64,000 nucleotides of DNA. It comes from an uncultured Oligoflexales bacterium. Its GTDB lineage: Bacteria; Bdellovibrionota_B; Oligoflexia; Oligoflexales; CAZZCU01. Positions 57,395 to 64,000 of this stretch are shown piece after piece. Where the stretch lies: positions 149,070-213,069 of the forward strand of contig CAZZCU010000002.1 in the NCBI GenBank assembly GCA_964652825.1, read 5' to 3'. The notes beneath the pieces are model-generated. The model was not told the DNA's origin. It ran no database searches and worked only from the letters and a program-made list of their open reading frames with translations. A program made the position numbers and the translations under genes. Each line of letters starts with the position of its first letter. Within the stretch, counting starts at the first letter, position 1.

Positions 57395-57634
57395 GTCTAC
57401 TCCCGAAAATTAAGCCAACAGGAACCGAGGCTTGTAACATGAGGCCACTGAAATGGCTAGCAAATCTTAGCGGTTTTTTCAAAAAACTCTAGCGAATCTT
57501 TTCATCTTTACCAACCCAACTCAGCTAAAAAAACCAAGCATCTTCACGGATTATTCAGGGATTATTAGTACATACCACATTGCCAACCCAGAGCCGGGAG
57601 CTTATTATCAAATAGACACCAAAAGGAGCTGTTT

Positions 57635-58615
57635 TTGCAGATAAAGTTGTGGGGAACCCGCGGGTCATTGCCGCGCGCCCTGGGTGATCAAGCAGCGAGC
57701 ACGTTGATTGATGACTTGGTGAATCGCGCCACACAGATGGGCATCAAATCACTTGCCGACTTCCAAGCCGCATGCCAGATCGGCGGCAAGCTTCAGCCCG
57801 TCACTTACGGTGGTCATACGACCTGCACCGAAATCATGCACAAAGGTCAGTCGATATTCATCGATATGGGTACCGGCATCACTGACGCCGGCATGCATGC
57901 CATTGCCGAAGGTCGCAAGGAATTTTCGATTCTCCTGACGCACATGCATTGGGATCACATCATGGGTCTGCCGTTCTTTGTGCCGATCTATACGCCGCGC
58001 AACAAGATCACGATCTATCACGTTCACAAGAACGCGCCGCAACATGTGCAGATTCTGTTTAACGGCATCAACTTCCCAGTGAAGTGGGAAGACCTGGCGG
58101 CGACGATTGTCTTCAAGCAGGTAAAAATCTATCAGACCTTTGATCTGCTCGGCACCAAAGTCACGCCGTTCGCGCTTGATCATCCGGGCGGCTCCTTCGG
58201 CTATCGCGTCGAAGCCGAAGGCAAGTCGGTGGCGGTTGGCGTTGATGGCGAGTATAAACGCCTGACTCCCGATGAATTGGGCAAAGATCTGCTCTATTAT
58301 CAAAATCTCGATATGCTGATCTTTGACGCACAATACGAGATGAATGAACTTGCCAACCGATACGACTGGGGCCACTGCAGCCCGCCGCTCGGTATCGACC
58401 TGGCGCTACGCGAAGGCATACGCCATCTGGTGTTTACCCATCATGACCCACGTGGCAGTGAGGAACGTGCCCGCAAAATGCTGAGCGATGCTCATACCTA
58501 TCTCAAGAACCAGCTGCCGGGTTTCCGAAAAATCTGGGAAAAACGTAAACAACCCGATGGTCCGGTGCTATATAGTGCTTATGACGGAATGGTATTTGAG
58601 TTAGACAAGCTATAG
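57635..58615 (+). CDS. MBL-fold metallo-hydrolase
   Basis: KLWGTRGS N-terminus and HxHxDH motif LTHMHWDH. TTG start with AAGGAG 6 nt upstream. Confidence 0.8.
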   Translation: MQIKLWGTRGSLPRALGDQAASTLIDDLVNRATQMGIKSLADFQAACQIGGKLQPVTYGGHTTCTEIMHKGQSIFIDMGTGITDAGMHAIAEGRKEFSILLTHMHWDHIMGLPFFVPIYTPRNKITIYHVHKNAPQHVQILFNGINFPVKWEDLAATIVFKQVKIYQTFDLLGTKVTPFALDHPGGSFGYRVEAEGKSVAVGVDGEYKRLTPDELGKDLLYYQNLDMLIFDAQYEMNELANRYDWGHCSPPLGIDLALREGIRHLVFTHHDPRGSEERARKMLSDAHTYLKNQLPGFRKIWEKRKQPDGPVLYSAYDGMVFELDKL

Positions 58616-58632
58616 CATCGAGGCAATCATCC

Positions 58633-59907
58633 ATGCATTATCGCCGATACCTTCTCGGAACACTCCTCGCTATTTTGGCGCTGACTGCCAATCCAGCACT
58701 CGGTGTTGGACCCAACGTCGCCAATGCAACCGGTCATTTCCCCCGCAACCTCGCCCAAGGTAGTTTCGACATCAGTGTCGTTGTCGAAAATATTCTACCT
58801 TCGGATATGACACCAACCACCACCGAGGGCGAACTGTGGGCCCGCATCAAAATCTTCCTGATCAAGCTCGACGACGACACCGAAGTTCCGCACACCGTCG
58901 ATCTTAATGGCGAGTTCGGTTATTACCTGCAACAACGCGCTAATTACTCTACTGTTACCAATACTGATGGCAACAACGACGTTACTTTCTATCTGAGGGT
59001 TTTCGCCACCAACAAGGCCAACGGTCTGCAGAAACTTCTCGATAAAGAAGGCGCTGAGCAAGTCAGCATCGCCGTTGAATACCATGGGGGCACCGGCAAA
59101 TCAGACACCCAGGGCAACGACTTCATTATCAAACGAGCCACCGGCGTCGCCAACGCCGCACCGGATACATTCACCGTCGAGTCAACGCACAAAGGCGTCA
59201 CTGTGAAATGGGATTATGCTGACAGCATTGCCTACAAAGGCGGTGCTGCTGGCGAGCCCAGTGGCGCGGTTGTCTATGCGCTTCCCAATAACCAGACCGT
59301 CAGCATTCCTGCCAGGGTCTACAATGTTAATCCGGCGTCGGAAACCGATACGACCTGTACCTTCACGCCCATAGCGGATAGCGGCGAAGCCTGCATTAGC
59401 TGTGGCACGCACGCTGGCAACGCCTACTTTAATCTTTCTCGTCTCAACGAAATACCAAGCCTGCGCTACGTGGGAACCGCCGCCGGCCTGGCCAGTATCG
59501 GCAACCTGGATATAGACCAGGAATACGCAGTTTTTATTGCCTACGAACCTGATGGTGTCATGCATAGTAGCTGCGAGATCTCTACCGCCAGCAAAAATTA
59601 CTCATACGCGGAAACCGAAGGCGAAAAGGAGGCCGAGCTGCGCGATCCACGCTGCTTTATCGCCACCGCCGCCTATGGCCGTGCCGACGATCGCCAGGTA
59701 CTGGCATTACGCTGGTTCCGCGGCCATGTCCTGCAACAGCTGCCGTTTGGTGCTCCATTAGTGCGAAGCTACTATCGAGTCAGCCCGCCGATCGCCCGAT
59801 TCATCGCCAACTCACCGCTGCTGCGTCTAGGCACACGCTTGCTGCTCGCGCCGCTGGTGGGCGTCGCAGAGATCCTACGTTGGTTTATGGAGCCGACCGC
59901 GGCTTAG
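58633..59907 (+). CDS. Secreted surface-type protein with a C-terminal CFIATAAYG-box plus hydrophobic tail
   Basis: Signal peptide LLAILALTANPALG|VG, an FN3-like block (FTVESTHKGVTVKWDY), and C-terminal RDPRCFIATAAYGRADDRQVLALRWFRGHVL...SYYRVSPPIARFI...LLLAPLVGVAEIL. Confidence 0.55.
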   Translation: MHYRRYLLGTLLAILALTANPALGVGPNVANATGHFPRNLAQGSFDISVVVENILPSDMTPTTTEGELWARIKIFLIKLDDDTEVPHTVDLNGEFGYYLQQRANYSTVTNTDGNNDVTFYLRVFATNKANGLQKLLDKEGAEQVSIAVEYHGGTGKSDTQGNDFIIKRATGVANAAPDTFTVESTHKGVTVKWDYADSIAYKGGAAGEPSGAVVYALPNNQTVSIPARVYNVNPASETDTTCTFTPIADSGEACISCGTHAGNAYFNLSRLNEIPSLRYVGTAAGLASIGNLDIDQEYAVFIAYEPDGVMHSSCEISTASKNYSYAETEGEKEAELRDPRCFIATAAYGRADDRQVLALRWFRGHVLQQLPFGAPLVRSYYRVSPPIARFIANSPLLRLGTRLLLAPLVGVAEILRWFMEPTAA

Positions 59908-59921
59908 CACAGGTGCGATCG

Positions 59922-60224
59922 ATGGCGGATAAAAAACCTAAAACCCTTGATCTCCATGGCCTCACCGCCAACGAAGCCAAAGACGAAATCCGGCGCTTCC
60001 TCGACCGCTTGATCGCCCAAACACACGGCAAATTCACAGTGCGTATTATTACCGGCAAAGGTCTGCATAGCCGCGACGGCGCCGTCTTGCCGCGCGAGGC
60101 GCATCATTTCGTCAGCCAGCGCTACAGTGATCGCATCGTGCGCCTCGACGATTCACCCGCCGATGTGTTGCTGGGCGGGATTCCGATTCGTGGGCATTTT
60201 GATGTGATCTTGCGCGGTAAATAA
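59922..60224 (+). CDS. Smr-domain protein
   Basis: LDLHGLTANEAKDEIRRFLD... and IITGKGLHS are Smr signatures. I prefer ATG 59922 over track start 59880. Confidence 0.8.
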   Translation: MADKKPKTLDLHGLTANEAKDEIRRFLDRLIAQTHGKFTVRIITGKGLHSRDGAVLPREAHHFVSQRYSDRIVRLDDSPADVLLGGIPIRGHFDVILRGK

Positions 60225-60320
60225 TTCTTCGGGCGGCGCCAGCCATATTTGAGGTTTCCGATAAGCTGCTTTTACGCTACAACTTAGGTCTTAAGAGCAA
60301 TAATATCTGAGGCCTAAGTC

Positions 60321-61007
60321 TTGTCTGAACTTCTCCAGTACACGATGTTCCAGCGGGTTCTGTTCCCCGATCAGCAGGTTGACAGCCAGGCGGATGTCGC
60401 CGCGCTAGTGCTTAATCGAGTCATTCGTTTTCAACCGTTGGCAACCACCATTCTGGCGGATGCGCCTCTCGTCATCTTCGACTTTGAGACCACTGGCCTT
60501 GATGCGCGCGAAGACCGCATCATCGAGATCGGTGCGCAGAAAATTCAAGACGGCAAGGTTGTCGGTGAATTTTCCACCCTGGTCAAACCGGATATTCCCT
60601 TGCCAGTCGCTTCCACACAAATCACCGGCATCACAGAAGAGATGCTGCGCGATCAACCAAGCATCGACAAAGTTCTTCTCGAGTTTCTTGATTTCATTCA
60701 AGGCAGTTTTTTGGCGGCGCACAATGCCGAGTTTGATATGAGTTTTTTGGTGATAGCTTGCCAACGACTTGGCTACCAACTGAACTGGCCGTGTTTTTGT
60801 ACTTTGAAGTTAGCGCGCGCGCTTCTACCCGAACTTGAATCCAAAAGTTTGGATGCATTAGCCGGGCATTTCGGTCTTAGTTTTGAAGCACGGCACCGTT
60901 CCATTGGCGACGTTAAAGTCACAACCGCCGTGCTCGACAGAATGCTCGCGCGAGAAGGTGAACGACTCAGCCAGTGGCAACACTTCGATCCGTACAAAGT
61001 CGCCTGA
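60321..61007 (+). CDS. DEDDh 3'-5' exonuclease (DnaQ/epsilon-like)
   Basis: Exo[12 protein letters not shown], Exo[13 protein letters not shown], ExoIII HRSIGDV. TTG start. A ~45-aa N-terminal extension is present. Confidence 0.85.
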   Translation: MSELLQYTMFQRVLFPDQQVDSQADVAALVLNRVIRFQPLATTILADAPLVIFDFETTGLDAREDRIIEIGAQKIQDGKVVGEFSTLVKPDIPLPVASTQITGITEEMLRDQPSIDKVLLEFLDFIQGSFLAAHNAEFDMSFLVIACQRLGYQLNWPCFCTLKLARALLPELESKSLDALAGHFGLSFEARHRSIGDVKVTTAVLDRMLAREGERLSQWQHFDPYKVA

Positions 61008-61020
61008 GGTAATAGTTAGC

Positions 61021-62625
61021 ATGCGTATTCAAAGTCAGCTGGACACCGGCAGTGCCACCTACCAGGAAAATCGCGCGCATTACCTCGCAGCCATCGAAGA
61101 ACTGGAGAGCAAACTCGCGACCGTGCGTGCCGCGGGTAAACCAAAAAGCAAAAGTGGAAACAGCGGCAGTGACAAGTTGCCGGCACGTGAGCGGATTCGA
61201 CGGCTGTTGGATGAGCCGGATGGTTTTCTGGAATTATCGGCGCTCGCTGGCGAAAATCTTTATGATGATCCCGTGCCAGCCGGCGGTATCGTCACTGGCA
61301 TCGGCACCGTTGCCGGTCGCGTGTGCATGATCGTAGCCAATGATTTTGCCGTCAAGGGCGGCACCTATTATCCGATTACCGTCAAAAAACATTTGCGCGC
61401 ACAAGAGATCGCGGCCAAACAACATTTGCCGTGCATCTATCTGGTGGATTCCGGCGGGGCTTTTCTGCCCAAGCAGGATGAGGTGTTTCCCGATCGCGAG
61501 CATTTTGGGCGGATTTTTTACAATCAAGCGCGCATGAGCGCGGCGGGCATACCACAAATCTCATCGGTGCACGGTTTCTGCACGGCTGGTGGCGCGTACA
61601 TTCCGGCGATGTCGGATCAAAGCGTCATGGTCGAGGGCGCGGGTACGATTTTTCTTGCCGGCCCGCCGTTGGTCAAAGCCGCAACCGGCGAAGATGTTAC
61701 TGCCGAAGAGCTGGGCGGTGCCCGTGTGCACACAGGCATCAGCGGTGTTGCCGATCACCTGGCGCAGGATGATGCGCACGCACTCGCCATCGTCCGTAAT
61801 ATCGTCAAACATCTGGGCAAATCACAACAGGCGCCGGTAAGTTTGCGCGCACCCGTCGATCCGTATTATGACTCCGAAGAAATGCTCGGCATTGTTCCCA
61901 GTGATCCGCGCAAAGCTTTTGATGTACGCGAAGTCATCGCCCGCACCGTGGATGCTTCGGAGTTTTTTGAATTCAAAGCCAACTACGGCACGACACTGGT
62001 GACTGGCTTCGCACACATTCACGGCGTACCAGTCGGCATCATCGCCAACAACGGCGTGTTGTTTTCGCAATCGGCATTAAAAGCCACGCATTTTATCGAA
62101 CTATGCGCACAAGAACGCGTACCGCTATTGTTCCTGCAAAACATCACCGGCTTTATCGTCGGCAAGCAGGCTGAACACGGCGGCATCGCCAAAGACGGCG
62201 CAAAAATGGTGCACGCTGTCGCCAATGCGCGCGTACCCAAACTCACCGTGGTGATCGGTGGCAGTTACGGCGCCGGCAACTACGGCATGTGTGGCCGTGC
62301 CTACGATCCGAATTTCATGTACATGTGGCCGAAAGCCAAAATCGCCGTCATGGGCGGCGAACAGGCGGCGGAAGTTCTCGTTACCGTCAAGCAGCAGCAA
62401 CTCGCCCGCGACGGCAAGCAACTAAGCGCCAAAGAGATGCAAAGCATGCGCGAACCGATCTTGAATAAGTATGCCGCGGAAAGTTCGGCTTATTATGCCT
62501 CGGCACGGCTGTGGGACGATGGCATCATCGATCCGCGCCGCACGCGGCAACAACTGGCGATGTCACTGGCGGCCACGCTCCAGCATGATTGGGAGCGCAG
62601 CGCCTTTGGGATTTTTAGAATGTGA
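61021..62625 (+). CDS. Acyl-CoA carboxylase carboxyltransferase (beta) subunit, methylcrotonyl-/geranyl-CoA carboxylase type
   Basis: 534 aa. N-terminus [22 protein letters not shown]... with the typical CT-domain pattern ([22 protein letters not shown]). I prefer ATG 61021 over track start 60883. Confidence 0.85.
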   Translation: MRIQSQLDTGSATYQENRAHYLAAIEELESKLATVRAAGKPKSKSGNSGSDKLPARERIRRLLDEPDGFLELSALAGENLYDDPVPAGGIVTGIGTVAGRVCMIVANDFAVKGGTYYPITVKKHLRAQEIAAKQHLPCIYLVDSGGAFLPKQDEVFPDREHFGRIFYNQARMSAAGIPQISSVHGFCTAGGAYIPAMSDQSVMVEGAGTIFLAGPPLVKAATGEDVTAEELGGARVHTGISGVADHLAQDDAHALAIVRNIVKHLGKSQQAPVSLRAPVDPYYDSEEMLGIVPSDPRKAFDVREVIARTVDASEFFEFKANYGTTLVTGFAHIHGVPVGIIANNGVLFSQSALKATHFIELCAQERVPLLFLQNITGFIVGKQAEHGGIAKDGAKMVHAVANARVPKLTVVIGGSYGAGNYGMCGRAYDPNFMYMWPKAKIAVMGGEQAAEVLVTVKQQQLARDGKQLSAKEMQSMREPILNKYAAESSAYYASARLWDDGIIDPRRTRQQLAMSLAATLQHDWERSAFGIFRM

Positions 62626-62639
62626 GGTCGGACCAGCAA

Positions 62640-64000
62640 ATGCAAACGCAGAATACTCCGCGAAAAACAACTTTGCGCATCGGCAACGCCAGCGGTTATT
62701 GGGGCGATGATCCCGAGGCACTGGAACGCCAGGTGAATGGCGGTCGTCTAGATTATATCAGCATGGATTTTCTCGCCGAAATCACCATGTCGATCATGCA
62801 AAAACAACGCGCCCGCGATCCAAACCTCGGTTACGCCCGCGATCTACTGCCGATGTTAGAAAAAGTTTTGCCCAAATTACTCAGTGACAAAACCTGTCTG
62901 ATTACCAATGCCGGCGGCGTTAACCCCGCCGCCTGCGCCGCCGCCATCGCCAAGCTGGCGGCGAGTAAAAATCTGCCCTGCAGCATCGCCATCGTTTATG
63001 GCGATGATATTCTACACGATCTGCCGGCTTACACGGCGCAAGGCGTCAGCTTTGACAATATGGAGAACGGCGCAAAATTCACCGGCGTTGCTGATCGTAT
63101 CGACGCGGCGAATATTTACTTCGGTGCTGCCGGTGTTGTCGAGGCACTCAAATGGCGACCGGATATTGTGATCACCGGACGCGTGACCGATACCGGCATC
63201 ACCTTGGCGCCCATGATCCACGAATTCGGCTGGAGCATGAGCGATTGGGACAAGCTCGCTTCGGGAATCGTTGCCGGTCACATGATCGAGTGTGGCGCTC
63301 AGGCCAGCGGCGGTAATTTCACTGATTGGCGGCTGGTGCCGAGTTTTCAAAAAATCGGCTTTCCAATTGTGGAGGCCGAAGCTGATGGTTCTTTTGTGAT
63401 TACCAAACATCCGGGCAGCGGCGGCCTGGTCAGCGTTGATACCGTGCGCGAGCAACTAGTCTATGAAATGGGTAATCCACGCGCTTATATCACTCCGGAT
63501 GTCATCGCCGATTTTACCTCGATTCAGTTAAAAGCCGCCGGCCCTGATCGCGTGCATGTCAGCGGCGTACGTGGTTTTGAACCGACACCAACTTACAAAG
63601 TCTCGATGGCTTATCGCGATGGCTACAAAGCCCAAGGTGCAATCGTTGTCTCGGGACCTGAGGCACGCGCCAAAGCCGAGCAGTTCGCCAGGAATTTTTG
63701 GGAACGCATCGACGCACCGCTAACCGCCCGGGAAACCGAATATGCCGGCTGGAACGCCTGTCATCGCTCCCTCGCACATTATGATGACGGCGCCGAGATT
63801 ATTTTACGTCTGGGCGCCCGCGCTGAAACCGAAGCACCGCTCAAGGTCTTTGGCAAACACATTCCGCCGCTGATTCTCAGCGGACCGCCTGGGGTTGCCG
63901 TGCTCGGTGGCGTACCCAAAGCTCAAGAAGTCGTGAGCTACTGGCCAGCGCTGCTGCCAAAAGCACTCATCCAACCGAAAGTCGCGCTTTATACGAATAA
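62640..64000 (+). CDS. AtuA-like (DUF1446) acyclic-terpene-utilisation family protein, 3' end outside the window
   Basis: This frame is not in the ORF track. I translated it by hand and it is open from ATG 62640 to base 64000 (MQTQNTPRKTTLRIGNASGYWGDDPEALERQVNGGRLDYISMDFLAEITM...GHMIECGAQASGGNFTDW...), which is a typical DUF1446 sequence. Confidence 0.8.
   Translation, partial: MQTQNTPRKTTLRIGNASGYWGDDPEALERQVNGGRLDYISMDFLAEITMSIMQKQRARDPNLGYARDLLPMLEKVLPKLLSDKTCLITNAGGVNPAACAAAIAKLAASKNLPCSIAIVYGDDILHDLPAYTAQGVSFDNMENGAKFTGVADRIDAANIYFGAAGVVEALKWRPDIVITGRVTDTGITLAPMIHEFGWSMSDWDKLASGIVAGHMIECGAQASGGNFTDWRLVPSFQKIGFPIVEAEADGSFVITKHPGSGGLVSVDTVREQLVYEMGNPRAYITPDVIADFTSIQLKAAGPDRVHVSGVRGFEPTPTYKVSMAYRDGYKAQGAIVVSGPEARAKAEQFARNFWERIDAPLTARETEYAGWNACHRSLAHYDDGAEIILRLGARAETEAPLKVFGKHIPPLILSGPPGVAVLGGVPKAQEVVSYWPALLPKALIQPKVALYTN

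Noticed and set aside
60883-61020. N-terminal extension of the carboxyltransferase ORF
   Set aside because: It overlaps the 3' end of the exonuclease gene. The homologous N-terminus ([11 protein letters not shown]...) starts at ATG 61021.
62471-63455. Track ORFs 62471-62710 (+), 62908-63171 (+) and 63012-63455 (-)
   Set aside because: All are overlapped by the hand-translated AtuA-like frame starting at 62640, which has clear family-typical sequence. These are out-of-frame or antisense shadows.
1-64000. A search by eye for tRNA, rRNA, tmRNA, SRP or RNase P RNA, riboswitches and CRISPR arrays in all intergenic gaps over 80 nt (13171-13449, 19897-20046, 20779-20870, 23580-23722, 30287-30416, 40421-40577, 57395-57634, 60225-60320)
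   Set aside because: I could see no cloverleaf-compatible or otherwise recognisable structured-RNA signature. This is a weak negative, because covariance-model scans (tRNAscan-SE, Infernal/Rfam) were not possible.

Overview
This is a 64-kb chromosomal window from a diderm (Gram-negative-type) bacterium. It is moderately GC-rich; hand counts give about 55% in typical genes. Coding is very dense, with roughly 55 protein genes and many start/stop overlaps. By eye I found no rRNA, tRNA, CRISPR array, transposase, integrase or phage genes. The backbone is housekeeping: tolQ-tolR-tolA-tolB, tamB plus an Omp85 gene, a FabH-like KAS III, gltA, polA, tatC, trhO, hpf, recD2, gmk, spoT/relA, galE, an arginase-family enzyme, ligA, rpsP-rimM-trmD, and an acyl-CoA carboxyltransferase next to an AtuA-like gene that runs off the 3' end and is not in the ORF track. 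Between these sit lineage-specific envelope and signalling genes: four small predicted outer-membrane barrels, several lipoproteins (two very Cys-rich), an S8 protease, a Ser/Thr kinase, TPR/HEAT-like proteins and an atypical receiver protein. That mix resembles Bdellovibrionota/Myxococcota-type lineages, but this is inference only. I could not identify one clear-cut novel multi-gene system. The candidates I consider most worth follow-up are these. (1) An 869-aa helical-repeat protein ending in a HEPN-like RNxxAH domain (9958-12567). (2) A translationally chained OMP / gluzincin lipoprotein / OMP triad led by a receiver-TPR protein with Glu at the phospho-acceptor position and fused onto gmk-spoT (40578-44335). 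(3) tamB translationally coupled to an unusually long POTRA-rich Omp85 (1704-8901). (4) A tol cluster in which a secreted SGNH hydrolase occupies the position of pal (14464-19434). (5) A composite tandem-repeat and long-hairpin element (28026-28162). (6) A low-GC Cys-rich lipoprotein gene preceded by a T9G7 tract (20851-21728). (7) An MBL / CFI-box surface protein / Smr / DEDDh-exonuclease gene run (57635-61007). All functional calls rest on motifs read by eye from the translations. No database search was run.
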